A DNA stretch of 64,000 nt from positions 2,152,866 through 2,216,865 of the forward strand of contig MU053379.1 of assembly GCA_013239625.1 (NCBI GenBank), read 5' to 3'. Shown piece after piece: positions 12,335 through 25,714 of the stretch. Position numbers and translations under genes: made by a program. How positions within the stretch are numbered: the stretch's first letter is position 1; every line of letters starts with the position of its first letter. The notes under the pieces were generated by a model. The model worked only from the letters and a program-made list of their open reading frames with translations. It searched no databases and was not told where the DNA came from. This DNA is from Lama guanicoe (taxonomy: Eukaryota).

Positions 12335-13164
12335 ATAGACTGTTTTATCTTGACACAAGGGCATTGTCCTTTGAATGGCAAGTGGGTCATGACACTGACT
12401 CATAAGAAAAGAGTACATTCTGAGCACACTGTTTGAGGGTGCAGTATTCACTTACTAATAGTAATAATGTAACTGGTATTTATTGCTTTTCCACATTTAG
12501 ACTCAACCTTTAGATAAAACACAGACAATTACAAGACTGTGATAGACCAGAATGTAAATGTTTTTAATGTTGACAACGTGAAAATCAAGTTGTACCTGAA
12601 AGAAATTTAAACAGTAGGAAGGGGGTCACAGAGGTGGGTGGAGGTGGGGATGTGAACACTCTTACTCTACCTATTATGGAATCAAGAAATACTTCTGGGA
12701 GCAAATGGAATATGAAACAGAGGAAGAAACCTTCAAAGATATACTAGTGCAACCAATAATCATAATATAACTTTCAAATATTAAGAGCACAATAGGATGG
12801 TAAACGAGCTAAGTCCTTATCTTTTCACAGTGGGCTTCACTAGATGATGTCTGAAACGGATGCATCCAGAAAGAGCTGTTATGGTCCTTTTATTCAGCGT
12901 CATAGATACAAGCACAAAACAACCAAAAATGAAAATAATTAAAAGTGTATACTGCTGGGAAGCAGGGTAGGGAGGCAAGACAGTTGTTTTTCATTATAGA
13001 AACTTACGTACTATCCAGTTTTTCTAATTGTGCAATTTAATTTTCTTAATATGGAGATAAAGTCACTGAGAGCCCCACTAGAAGAACTAAGCTGACCCTC
13101 CAGGAGACGAGGAGGAGGAGGAGGAGGGAGAGGAGGAACCACAACAGCAGCTGTCTCTTCTCGT

Positions 13165-13390
13165 GTAGATTTTAATCGGAGTTCTAAGCCTGTTACATGT
13201 ATCAGTGCATTTGATCCTTATAATAACCCTGGCAGGGGAATGCTATTCATATCCCCATTTTGAAGATGGGGAAACTGAGGTCAGAGATAGGACATAATAG
13301 CTTGCCCAAGGTCATATGCCTGGGAATGCCGGGGCTGGGATTGGAGCTCAGGGACCCCGGCCGCAGGGCCCGTGCATTTCACCACCTGCC
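13165..13390 (-). mobile_element. MIR SINE
   Basis: ccccattttgaagatggggaaactgaggtcagaga...cttgcccaaggtca core. Confidence 0.85.
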
Positions 13391-14484
13391 GTGGTGGCTG
13401 TAGTCATGCCGGCAAGAATGTGTCCTTCCCTCCTGTTTCATAATAAGAGGTCAACAGAAACCACGATACAGAGGTGAAAGCCAATTAGTTGACGTTAGTT
13501 TTTGTGACCCTTAAAATAACAAAAGCAGAAATGTTAGAACGGTTGCCTCTGGTGAGCGAGACAGGGAGGGGAAGGAGATGTTTATTTTCACACATACTCA
13601 GTTGCACTGCTTGATTTTTTTTAGCCATTATGGTCGATTTTATGTTTGAAAGTTGTTGCACAAAACCTACAAATTTCAGTGGACTTTCGCTTTAAAATCA
13701 AATAGAAATAGGAAGAAATGTATGAGAACTCAATGTGTGCCCCTTCTGTCTCCCAAGATGGGAAGTCATTTGCGTGTAAGTGTGCATGGCGTAACCCAAT
13801 GCACCCTTACGAAATTTGATTTAAACGTTTTATCTTTTAAGTGTGTTTCATTTGAAGGGAGATATATTAAAATTTTCTTGCCAATACTTTCATCCAATTG
13901 TAAGGCTCCAGACAACAATTTGACTTCACCAGTCTTGCGACTTTGTAAGAGTGAAGACCATTGAGGCCAGATCACAAAGGGCTGAACAAATAGCTTCCGC
14001 CTCTTTTCTTGGGACACTAGCACTGGGAGCCCTGAGCGGTGCACTGTGCGGAAGCCGCAGCCACGGGGAGGGGCCGTTTGTAGGTTAGGCCAGAAGTCCC
14101 AGCTGGAGACCCACGTGCCGGCCAGCACCAGTACCAGCCACGTCAGTGAACAGACCTTCCCGTGTTTTCAGCCCCCAGCCTTGAGCTAAACCCAGCAATT
14201 CCACACTTCTTGATTTATACTGATGTGACTCTCAAAGTACATTTTTATTATAAATCTGAAAGAGATATTAAAGCAGATCTGCTGTATCAGCTGTCACGAA
14301 TGGCAACACTGCTAGTGCGCGGGCTCTGGAATAGTCATAAGGAATGCATAGAAACAGCTGTGGTTGGTTCTCAAAACCTCATACGCACCAATGGAGCTTC
14401 CTTCTGCATCTGTGGGGCTGGGGGGTGCCTGGCAGTTTCTCATTTCTGATTACCTAGACATCCCTCAGCCTAGCGGCTCATCGA

Positions 14485-14660
14485 AAGGGGCTTCAACCCC
14501 TGCTGGCTGTTAGGAATCACCTGGAAAGCTTTGAAAAACCCCAGCAGCTCAGCCACATCCCAGCCCAGCTAACTCACCATCTCAGTGGGTGGGACCCAGG
14601 CATAAGTATTTCCTAAAACTTCCAGGTGATTCCAATTTGCAACCAAGGTTGAGCGTCTGA
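14485..14660. mobile_element. MER5-like hAT-Charlie element
   Basis: gaatcacctggaaagctttgaaaaa...ggtgggacccaggcat...ccaggtgattccaatttgcaaccaaggttgag. Confidence 0.7.
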
Positions 14661-14727
14661 TTCAGAAGGTCCAGAGTGGGCCCAGGAATCTGTATTGTCA
14701 AACAGACCCAGGCCATTCTTATGATCA

Positions 14728-15232
14728 TGTGGTTGAAAAATATGGCCAGGCCTATCAGTAAACAAAGGGTGCTGTGGCCATCAAATCATCAGCCTCTACC
14801 AGCGCCCCTGACAGCAAGCGAAGGGAACGCCGGGCGCAGATAAGCAGGCAGCCCGGCCTCTGCAGCCACCCTCAGCACCTCTGAGGGAACTCGGGGTGGG
14901 AAAGAACAGGACGCTGGCCCTAGAGAGCCAGGTGCACATCAAAGGAATGATTTCAGTGAGCCCAGACCTTTTGCACCTTCCCACACATAAAAAAGTGCTT
15001 AAATTCCTTCACTTGGGATATTTGGCTTTCTTTAATTAACAGTCATCTTCTAATGTTCTGACTACCTGGTCTTTGTGGCAAAAACTCCTGTATATCCTGG
15101 CTCCTCCCCTGCCTCTCCGGAGCCGTCCCTTAAAGAGATCTGAGGGGTCACCTCCCGGGTTCGAGTCCTCAGAATGTCTTCGAGCTATAACGTAAGTCTC
15201 AGCTTTTAGGCTGTGCATCTTTTTAGACGACG
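14728..15232 (+). mobile_element. Solo ERV1-type LTR (~505 bp)
   Basis: Termini tgtggttgaaaaa...ttttagacgacg (TG..CA-like, imperfect inverted ends); 4-bp TSD atca at 14724-27 and 15233-36; TATA-like tgtatat near 15089; U5-like cagcttttaggctgtgca. Confidence 0.78.
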
Positions 15233-15289
15233 ATCAGCTAGGTTGAGTAACCCCTGCAAGGGGGTGACCGTGTGTGTGCAGCAGGTCCT

Positions 15290-15465
15290 CAGACCTGGTT
15301 CAACATGTGGCCGATCCCTTCCAGACTGAGAACCTCGGGCAAGTTACGTAACCTCACCCAGCCTCAGCTGACTTCCCTGTAATGGGCAGAGTAAGAGACT
15401 GGGATTTAAAAGGCATGTAAGGTGCTAGGTGCAGCCCCTGGCTCATCAGAACCAGGTTTTAAGTG
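15290..15465 (+). mobile_element. MIR SINE (degraded)
   Basis: cctcgggcaagttacgtaacctcacccagcctcag...ctgtaatggg. Confidence 0.6.
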
Positions 15466-18043
15466 TCAGCTGTCATGAGAAGGGGTTCCATCGCCGGCCG
15501 CGACCTCCCGGGACACAGTCTAACGCTGGGTCCCTGAGGCCCCAGATCGTTCAGGGAGGCTTTTTCTTTCCTGGAAACAAGACAAGTAGGGAAAGCGACG
15601 ATTTGCAAACCCACTCCTTGCTCCTAACGCACACATGCATGGCACTCCTCTCACCCCAAATCTTAGGATCTTCTCGGACGCTCTGTGTCCTGACATACTG
15701 TTTGGATCCTGACATATTGCCGAGGGGCTGGTGTGGGTGAATACGATCATTCTAGGTGGAAGAGTGAAATGGGGGTGAGCACAAGATGCGTTCCCGGTCA
15801 CAGCACAGGAAGGAAGCTGGGGAGAGACCCAGGCTTCCAAGTGGCGGAGGGGGCGCGGGGCACGGAGAAGGGAGCAGAGGTCCCACAGCCACCCCGGCAG
15901 GCGCCCAGAGCCCGCCCTGCAGCTCAGCAGCCCACACGGGACACGCACCGTGTCCTTCTGTCCCTCCTGCCCTCTGCGCCCTGAGTCTGGGCGCTGCTCA
16001 GACACGAGCTGCTCTCCATTTACATCGTCACGTGCAGAGTGAAAAATCGCATAAATACTTAGATAGCCTCTCCCCCTGACTTTGGCTAAAAACTGGTCAG
16101 GAATGGGGCTGGTAGGTCTTACTGGCTGCCTTAGCCACACGGTGCCCTCAGCTCTCTGCTTCGTGGCTTAGCACAGATCAAGCCTGTGTCTCGATGTTGC
16201 CGTGTTTTAATTCTCAAGATCTTTAATGCGGGGGAAGTTATCTTCCAAGCGCACGTTAAAGAAATGTTCTTCTGTTCAGTCCGCCCTGGCTGCAGAATGG
16301 GCTCCTGAGCGTCCCCTGCTCTCCCTACCCCGAGTCAAGGAATTGCTTAAAATGAATTGCCTGACAGCAGATCAGCGGGGGCCGGGTGAGGCACACAGAC
16401 ACAGCAACCAGTATTCTTAGTAGGCACATATCACCGCCCGCCCGAGATCAGAGTGTGACCCCGCGTCCGCACCTGAGGGGGACAGGTGCTTCCTTTCCAA
16501 CCCAGAGCGCCTGCGGGTGGTGGCCACCCGCACTTCCATGTGACTCATCCTCCGTCGTCGCTCAGATTAGCTCCTGATAGTAAACAGGCCCCACTCTTTG
16601 TCAAACAGTAGCTGGAAATCTTACAGTACCCAATCCACATTTCCTCTCCTCTGTAACTGCAGGAAGCCAGAGAAACGCGAGCCCTTCCAGGTATCAAACA
16701 GGCTCTTCTCAGTCCACATCCAAGCCCAGGGGCTGAAAAGTGGCTGGCTCTCCTGTGTTTCCATCCCTTTGCCTCCAACATTTTAGTTTTCAGAGAGACC
16801 AGAGGGAAACGGAACACCTTCCTCCACCACAATTCCATTGCAGGTTTTCGGACAGCATAGAAAACATCGTGTGGCAACACCATAGATGCCAAGTGCTAAT
16901 GTAACAGTGGGTGTAATTTTAGCCAGGGTCTTACTTCCACCCAAGTACGTGGTCTTAGCTGTCTGATTTCTGAACTCACGTGATACGGCTTAACTTCCTT
17001 TTCCATCAGCACTTCGGATGCAGAGGAGCCCCACGCCAGCGGGGAGACCCTAGCCCCATGACATTATGGCACAGACCAGGGCTCCGAAGCCATCCTCAAG
17101 CTTGGCCCGGTCCTTTCAGGGTTCATAGTTGATAAAGCGAGGAAATATTTGCCTCCGACATGTATCTGGCTACTAACCCAAGTGGCACAGATTTAAAAAC
17201 AAATTCAGTACTTTGGTCTGGATTTCTTTGGACTGTCTTTTCAGTAGACGGAGTAGGAAGTCCGGGCAGGGAGCAGGAATGTTCTGGCGTGGTCCTGCAG
17301 AGGGATGTGCAGACGAGTGGTTTCCCCAGCATCTTATGCAGGTTGGTGCTAGAAGCTGATGGAGGAGGAAACCCCACGCAAGCAGTGCTTCTAATTTGCC
17401 CCTGCAGCTCAGCCACACCCGGTGGCCGTCTGGCCAAGATCTTAAGTGACGGCCAATGCCCACTGCATCCTGTCCAGACCCCAATGCCCAGGGTGGCCTC
17501 ACTCGTCTCTTGCTGGTTATACTTCAAGCTCTCAGGTGTGACTCAGACTCCGAAATTCTCTGTCGTCTACACCAGCACTTCTCACACTAACCTGCACCTC
17601 GGTCACCCGGGGGTCTGGCTGAGATGCAGGCTCCGATGCAGCTGGTCTAGAGTGGGGCCTGAGAGCTGCATTTCTCCCGGGCTGTCCTGGGCCGCACGTC
17701 GGGTGAACAGCGGGGCAGCACTGAGCTGGGGAGAGAGTGTCTCTTCAGTGGGACTTACTGGGCTGAGACAGGAGAATGCGTGCGAGCCACTTCAGTCCCT
17801 CCCGGAAAGCTCTGAATATCGCCAAGCTGCTCTCCATGGTTATGCGTGAAACAGATACAGCACACGCAGTCAAAATCTACAGGCAGCCACAAACGGTGTT
17901 TTTGCCATTAGCTTCAGCTGCCTCCATCCAAGTTCTTATCGGCACAGCCAGGATGGACTAAGAGCCACATTACCTCCCGTCCCTTTCGGGTGGAGGGACA
18001 AGTGATTAAATGAAGAGCCAGGAACTAAGATGGAGTAGAACCT

Positions 18044-18492
18044 CAGGGCTTCCATGTCCAAAAACTAGATTAAGGGGTCTGTGAACTTGGAAGAGAAAAA
18101 AATACATCTTCCTTTTGCTGACCACTTAGATTTAACATTTCATTTCATTATTCGTGAGGAGCTGACATAGTACCATTAGCTGGGACTCTGTCTCCAGCAG
18201 GAACTTAAGCTGTTTCCATGCTCTGTAACAGTCGTGCAGACATGCCAGACCCTCGCCCTTCACTACCATGCTTAAATGACTAACGTCCTGTAACGAGGAC
18301 ACTTGTGGGCTCTTGTTAATAAAGAAACAGACATCACCGTATCTCCATTTCTCAATGCTCTGATAGCTGGCTTTCGAAAAATCAGTTTCTTTATAATTCT
18401 TTGTGGTTTATGTGATGCCTTTTAATACACAGTTCTGAAAAGGGGCACACAGCGTGCAAAGGGGCACACAGCACAGGATGCTTAGAACCCCG
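18044..18492. mobile_element. hAT-type DNA transposon fossil
   Basis: caggg...aaggggtctgtgaacttggaagagaaaaaaatacatctt...ttctgaaaagggg...aaaggggcacacagcaca...ttagaaccccg. Confidence 0.6.
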
Positions 18493-20934
18493 AGCATGGC
18501 GTCGGGCAGTAGAGGAACAGCTGCTGGTGTGTCCAGCGCTGTCAACACTAATTAAAATAATTCTTTGAGAACTGGGGTCACGGATGCCTATTCCAGCAGG
18601 GCCCGGGTATGGAGAGCAAATGAGTGATGGGGTCAGGCCTAAGGATCTCCGCAGCAGAAGGGGTGGAGTACGTGGGAGCTGACTCTTGCCTTTGGAGTGG
18701 GGGGCCGTAGAGTGGAGGGACCGTGGCAAGCTGAAAGCCACACGTCCCACCTGAAGAGGGCTCCGCTGACAGCCCCACGGCTGCACCAGCACTCCCCCAG
18801 GGTGCCAGGCCTTCAGATTTTGTCAAGAGAAGCCAAAAGTCTCGGTGTGGTGGAAATCTCTCCCCAAGTTGTAATGTACCTGTGGGCAGTTATTGCAATT
18901 AACAAGAAGCAAAGGGGAAAAACTCGGGGCCTGGGCCTGGGTGAGTGGGGGAAGGGCTCCCAGAGCACAGCCGGGGTCCCCTTCCCGAAGGCGGGGTCGA
19001 CTCCCCATGAATTCTGGTGTGTTCGAGACTGCTCTGAGCGACCGAGTTTTGAAGGCCTAGTGGGCAGTCACTTACATTCAACATGAAAACTCCTGCACAC
19101 AATATTTCAGATGATTGAGAAAGTACTTCTGCATCCCGGGCGCTCCGGGCCGTCAGAGCATCCGAGGCCACTGTTCAGTACGATCGCTGAAGGGCCTTCG
19201 GGAGATGGCTCTGTGCCCACGTGGTCCCGGCGTGGCCTCGTTTTCATTTAAATGTCTCCAGCAGCAGTTTGTTTACTTGTCATTTGTTCTCCTTGCATAA
19301 AACCAGAACTCACGATGGGTATTCATGGAAAAAAAGAAATTAAAAAAATGCAAATTCATTTTCTGTTCCTGTTCGTGAAGATTAATAGCAGAGGTTCACT
19401 TGTATTTTGCAAGAGCACATGGCTGTCTGTTTATGTGGCCTGACCGTTACTGTCCTTTCTCAGCAGTGAACGTCTAGAAAGCAGGGGCCATTTGTATCCA
19501 GTGACTTTTCTCAGGATTGCGGTGCTTGGAAAGTGCACTTGAATAATGAACAGGCGATGGCGCCAAGCCCTCTCCGTGGGTGAACAGGGCCTCCCCTGCT
19601 CCGGCCCCTCTGCCGCTGGGTTTTCCCACCCCACGGGGGGACCTGCAGAGCCCACCCTTACTCCACACTGCGTGGCTGTCTCTCCTGAGATGAGAACTGG
19701 CTGTAGGAATAGTGCCAGCTCGAAAGCTTGGAATAAAACTCATGTTACCATGTTCAAATCCCTTTTCCATGAAATTTGTGTGAAATAACAACGCTTCTCA
19801 GACGACAGCAGTTTTTATGTTTTATGTCACGTAACTCTTGTGACTGCTTCCATGGCTTTCTGAAAAGGCAAACCGCTCATGAGCTGAGGTATGTGTTCCT
19901 TTCAAAATGTGTCTGCAATGTCAAATTCCATCCTCCATCAAGAAAAATCATCCGAAATATTGTATTACGCTTGTATATTTCCATGTATATAAACAGCTGT
20001 CTACTAATTTGCAATAGGAATCCGTATACAGACAATGGTTTTATCATAAACAATTAACGTTAACCTCCTAGAAGGCGTCCAAATTCCAGATTGTCACTCA
20101 ACATTGAAATAAAGGAGGTTTTTTTTCTGTTTTGTAAGTGTCTTCTTTTTTGTTTCTTTTGGCCTTACTCCACTCTGAAATCAGAAAGAAGGAAACTGAA
20201 GCTGCGTATTCAATAGAAAAAGGGTGAACTGCACTCCAGAAACAGAGGAGAAACATCAAGATGAGATTCCAGCCGGGAGGGGATCCTCGAGCTGCAGGAG
20301 GAATCAGAGCCTCTGGCCTTAGTGTACAGACGGGTTTGCCAGCGGTGGCCGCTGGCGACTGTCAGCATGCGTATTATTGATTAATGGGGCCAAGAGCAGC
20401 ATGACTCACCGCTGGTTCTCTCCCAGGACCCTGGCCCTGGTCTCTTGCAGACATTTTGCCAAGTGCTCAGAAAGCGCTCTTCTCATCAGCGTCTCCCCTG
20501 CTCTGGCTTGCGTGACACCTGTCCCCGGATGCCGGAGAAACTCCCATGTTGAGGCAAAGGTGCTGACGGATCCCTCTCTGCCCATAAATGTGTTCAGGGT
20601 CTGAGCCAGATGGTTGCTGGCCTCCTTCTAGAGATAAAAGACCCTTCACCAAGAAGCAGAGGCACTGGCTGAGACCCCAGCGTCAGCGTGTGTATTCGCA
20701 TCTGGGACAAAGTGAAACTTTCAATCACTAAACAATGTGCTGTGTTGGTGTTTGTTTTTTTAAACTAAACCAGCTAAATACAGTAGTTTTCAGTTATTTA
20801 ACTGACTCTCTCCCTCCTGGAATTTGTCCACACCATATCCACATCCAAATCCACATCTAAGGTCACTGCGGTCACTCCTTTCTGCTTTGCTTGCTTTGCC
20901 CTGAGTCCCTTTAAAGCAGTGCATTTTTGATTTG

Positions 20935-21600
20935 GGGGCTTTTGTTAGTTGAAGTATAGTCAGTTTACAATGTTGTGTTAATTTCTGGTGTACAGCGTCA
21001 TGTTTCCGTTTTGTGTGTGTGTGTGTGTGTTCATATATGTATATTCCTTTTCATAGTCTTTTCCATGATCGGCTTTTCCAAGGTACTGAATATAGTTCCC
21101 TGTGCTCTACAGTAGGACCTTGTTGTTTATTTTATATTTAGTAGTGTGTGTCTGCAAATCCCAAACTCCCAATTTATCCCTCCCCACCCCTCAACCTTGG
21201 AATAAAGAAGAGGGTATTTTTTTGTTTTTGGAGACGTGTCTTTTTTTTTTTTCTTTTGGCCTTTTCTCCCTGGTAACCATAAGCTTGTTTTCTGTCTGTA
21301 AGTGTTTCTGTTTTATAAATAAGTTCATTTGTCTCACTTTTTCGAGATTCCACAGATAAGTGATATCATATGGTATATTTCTTTCTCTGTCTGACTTACT
21401 TCCCTTAGAATGACCATCTCCAGGTCCATCCATGTTGCTGCAAATGGCATTATTTCATTCCTTTTATGGCTGAGTAGTGTTCCATTGTACATATACGTAC
21501 CACACCTTCTTTCTCGTCATCTGTCGATGGCCATTTAGGCTGTTTCCATGTCTTGGCTGCTGTAAGCAGTGCTTCTGTGAACACTGGGGTGCAGCTATGA
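20935..21600 (-). mobile_element. L1 3' end with an internal ~70-bp insertion
   Basis: ttgaagtatagtcagtttacaatgttgtg...caggtccatccatgttgctgcaaatggcatt...tgtgaacactggggtgca. Confidence 0.9.
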
Positions 21601-22199
21601 CAGCAGCATATTTTTGAAACTGAGCTGTGGTTGCTGCTTTCTGGTCTCGTGCCTCCACCTCTTCCGTCCTCTGGCTGCCGTATCTCCATGCCTGCCTGAT
21701 GGCTTAAAGTCATGGAGGGAAGAAAGTCTCCACGGGAGGCTTCACAGACGGGGGTCTGCTTTCACTCCTGCCGCCCTGCCTGCCCTGTAGCACTGCGTGC
21801 AGGGCCAGGGCTGTGAGACGCAGGCTTCCTGGGTTCAGAGCCCGGCCCCCACCCCGCGGCTAGTTGTACGATCTTGGTCGAGACCTCAAACTTGGCCAAG
21901 CCCAGATTGCTGGCCAGTGGGGGTGACAGTGCCCACCTTACTGAACTGACTGAGTGAGATAACCCTTCCAGATCTTCTTATGTACAGGAAACATGAGATA
22001 CTGATTTGCTATTGTGATGAGCGGTGGGCACGGAAGGGTAAGACAGAGGTGAAGACGAGGTCACAGTCACAGCGTTCACTGTGGATACGCAGAATCAAGG
22101 ATGCCTTCACTTTCCCTCTAGAGCGTGGAGAAAAATTCTTCTCTGATTTGGCGCCTTCTTACTTGTCCTCCGATTCATTGCTTCTCTAGAAAAAAATTG

Positions 22200-23900
22200 G
22201 TTTTGGTAAGTGTAGGCTCTGAATCTGGAGCTGAAATTGGGAGACAGTCCATACATTGAAAACTATTCTACTTACAAACAGGTGAAATATATCGTTATCC
22301 ACGCAGATTTGACATCTAGGCCAAGGGTGAGGTCTGTGTCGTGCAGCTATAAATCTAAGTGCGTAACTTGGGTTATACTTTCTTGTTTTTATTTTAGTTT
22401 TTATTTTTATCACAGTTGTACGCACAGATCTTTTGGAAGCAGCCAGTCCCGGAGGGCTTGTTAGGACAGGCGGCCACCCTCCGGGCCCCAGCACCAGTTT
22501 CCTGCCCATCAGAGGCAGTTGCTTTCCACTGGCTTGGCTGTTCTGATACGTGCTCAGTGTCTCCAAGTTACACGCTGCTACTTGACTTTTCAGTGTCGAG
22601 TAGTCTCCGTGGCTTCACGGTATGGAAGAGGAGGGTTAAGGTGTCTTTCAGCCCTACCCACCCCTCCGTCCTCCCCGAGTAACCACACCATCAGTGTGGT
22701 TAGGCAGTAGTCTGTGCTCCGTTTATCATGACTGGATGACCACTGCATACAGCTGAGCCACGAGTACGTAATGACTCACCTTCCTTTCCTGCACAACTCT
22801 GCTGTCCCCGTGGCTTCTAACTGTCTTTTTTGTTGTTGCTGTTCATTTGCTTAGGTTTCGATGTTCTGTTCGCAGAGATTTCCAGTCTCCTTTCCGTGGG
22901 TTCAGAATTACCAGATATTCGATCAGTTTTTGTCCCTTTGGCATCATTTCTTCTGAGTCTTCTGACCTGCAAAAGTTTCATTTTGGAATCTCCTTTCACC
23001 ACCTTTCTAGAATCCTCCTTCACCACCATTCTGGAAATCTCCACTTATTACACAGATTTTTACTGTTTGGTGTGATGACTGACTGTGACATAATTCTGTG
23101 TAACAGGTGGTTTCCTCCCTGGTTTTGGTGGAGCACATCCTCCAGGAGCTTTTTGAAAAAGGGTACCTAGAAAGTAAATTTTTTAAGAAAGTTAAACTTA
23201 TTTTTATTCTTCTCTCACTTTAAATGAACAATGTGGCTGGGTGTTGAATTCCAGGTTGAAATCATTTTCCTTTCTTATTTCAAAGGCGTTCATTCCTCCA
23301 TTGTCTTCTAGTTTTCAGTGCTTTTGTTGAGAAATAAAATGTCACTCTGGTGTTGACTATTTGCATATAACCCAGCTTTTCTCTCTCTGGCAGTTTCTAG
23401 GACCAGTTTTTGGCCTAGTATTCTGAAAATTCATTATGATATGCCTTGGTATACACCACTTTGTCCACTGTGCCAGAAAATGCACATGTCTGGGAATTTG
23501 TCTCTGTTTATTTGATTTATTTCCTCTCCTTTGTTTTCTGGAACTTCTGCTCTGTAAATGCCAGGTCTCCTATTTCCGTTAGGGTGCAGGATGTGCAGTG
23601 ACTGATCTGCTTGAAATGAGGGAGGAAGTTTGGGGTTAAATTCTTAAACAGTCTCTCGGTCATCCAGCATTCAGGCCCACCTTTCCCGCCACGTCTAGAG
23701 CTTGGCTCACTGCCAGCCAAATGACCATCTCTTCTTCTGGTTCCCAGCCTCCAAAATCTTGTTGCTCTGGTCAGCTCTTCTATAATTTTTTTCCTCGCAG
23801 GTTTATGTCTTGTTAAAATAAATATCCCTTCACTGTTACCTTGTTACAGTGTAACAAGAAAGAGCAAAGATGCTGGGATATGTTCTATCTGCCATCTTCA
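22200..23900 (-). mobile_element. Ancient L1M/HAL1-like remnant
   Basis: T-rich strand with antisense ORF1-like motifs (ccattgtcttctagttttcagtgcttttgttgagaaat; ttctggaacttc); boundaries approximate. Confidence 0.5.
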
Positions 23901-24850
23901 ACTAAAAGCCCAAACGATTCTTTAAGAAAATTCAGAATTGATATTTGCCACATGCTCTAAGTCCTCTTGTCTAATTCTAATAAATTTTAGTCACAGCCTT
24001 TTATGACCTGAAGGAAAATGAGCAGTCTGGTCCACTTCGTTCTGTTCCGTGGACGGTGAGCGATGGTCGCCCGTTCTAAAAGCAGGCAGAGCAAGGGGAG
24101 CCTGATAAAGGGTAGAGGGCGCCTTACAGTCCTGATGTGAGTCTTGAGGCACGAGTCCTTTTCTGGACAACCCCGTCATCTGCAACCCAGATCTGCAAAT
24201 ACGAAACCTAATAAGGAAAACACCTCGGTGCCCCCACAGCAGCGGAAGAAGGCGTGAGTGGGGAGAGGCCGACGTCCTTGTTCACTGACGGTTCTGCTTA
24301 AGTCGCGTCTCTTCTGCTCGTTGAATCCAGAAAGCCCTCTGTGGTTCGGCTCTGCCCGATCCTTCCCTTGCAGACAGGCGGGGGGAGGGGCACCGGGGGC
24401 TGCCTTTGCCTGGACTCTGGTTCCCTGTTGTCTTGGGTGCAGCGTGTGGCTGTCACCAGCCCAGCTGAGAGCTGACATTTGCAGCGTCCTTCCCCGCTTC
24501 CGAGGCCGAGGGCAAAGGCAGCTAGACGTCGGTGGCCTGTGGCCGAGGGGGGGCCGGCACTCTTCTCAGGAGGCGGGAGGGGGATGTGCCTGCCCGCCCA
24601 GGAAGCGCCCCCCGCGTGGCACTGCTGCTTTCTGCGGGTCTGCCAGAGCGGACCCACTCACAAAGCTCAGGAAGAACACGGGGTTTCCCGCCAAAGAGAC
24701 TCTGAAGGACTTAAGGAGAAATGGCTCTTCCTCCAGAACACAGGTCCTGGCCAGGCGTTGGCGCCCCGCCCCTCACCACGCCCTGCCCCGCCCCTCGCCA
24801 CGCCCCACCACGCCCCTCCTCTCCCCACGCCCCGCCCCTCCCACAGCGCC

Positions 24851-25048
24851 GGCCCGGCCCTTCCCCTCCTCTGTGCACCAGGGGCCTCCTTCTCCCGCAG
24901 GAAGTCTGCACACAGTGGGTCAAGGCGCTTAGCCTCCAGCAGCGTGTCAGGCCCGGCCCCTCCCCTCCTCTGTGCACCAGGGGCCTCCTTCTCCCGCAGG
25001 AAGTCTGCACACAGTGGGTCAAGGCGCTTAGCCTCCAGCAGCGTGTCC
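24851..25048. repeat. Direct tandem duplication, 2 x 99 bp
   Basis: 24851-24949 and 24950-25048 differ only at unit position 11 and the last base. Confidence 0.97.
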
Positions 25049-25714
25049 ACTGGTCTCAGCAGAGCCACCACGTCTTACAGGGACATCTGCCCGCTGCTAA
25101 GATAACATTTTCTCTAGATCAATATGCAAAACAATATTTTAAAAATTCTGATTAAGCCAGGGGTCAAGTGTCCACAGGGCCAGGCGTTTAGCAGAGACGA
25201 GAGAAGAGGGCCGGGGGTGGGGATAGCAGGTCAGCTGTTCTGCACCCCTTCTGAAGGGCCGCAGCTGCCCGGCTCTGGGTGGAGCGCTGACAAGGACACA
25301 GGGTGAGATGGCTCCTCCCGTCCCCTTGGCGTTAGGGATGCTGAGCTGAGGTTCCTGGGAGACGCGGGACTTTGACTCGGCCTTGCAGGACCTGCCTTGG
25401 TCTGTCCGTCCACCCAGACTTCCCTCTCCTCCAGGGGTCAGACCCCAGTCCTGGCTGGGCAGCCCTCCCACCTTCCCTGGCTCCCTCCCTGTCCTCTCTC
25501 CTGGGCATCTCCCCCAGTGAAGCCACTGCAGATTCAGTTCCATCGCGGCATCTGATTTTCAGGAGCTCTGGACTATTAGCCCTAAAGACCTTCAGTAAAG
25601 CCCTGGCAGCCGGCAGAGGCCTGGGTCCAGGATGGAGAGGAACGCTAGGCTGTGTGTCTGGGAGCCTCCTTTGCCAGGCTGCCCCTTTTCTCACCTTCTC
25701 TCCCCTCTTCCCAG

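Noticed and set aside
17005..17025. Possible REST/NRSE site (tcagcacttcggatgc)
   Set aside because: The right half-site deviates too far from GGACAG.
17160..17849. 229-aa ORF
   Set aside because: No family resemblance; it appears to run into MER5-like sequence.
22981..23045. 24-bp imperfect tandem repeat (~2.5 copies)
   Set aside because: A small slippage duplication inside an old L1 remnant with no sign of function.
24258..25155. Long overlapping ORFs (up to 224 aa) with internal repeats
   Set aside because: Caused by high GC and the frame-preserving 99-bp duplication; low-complexity translations in several frames.
1..25714. Upstream SLC24A3 exon (GVFITKGDVGVGTIVGSAVFN...) and, after 62697, the next exon (IRLNSRGL...)
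   Set aside because: Neither was found by eye or in the ORF track; both presumably lie outside the window.
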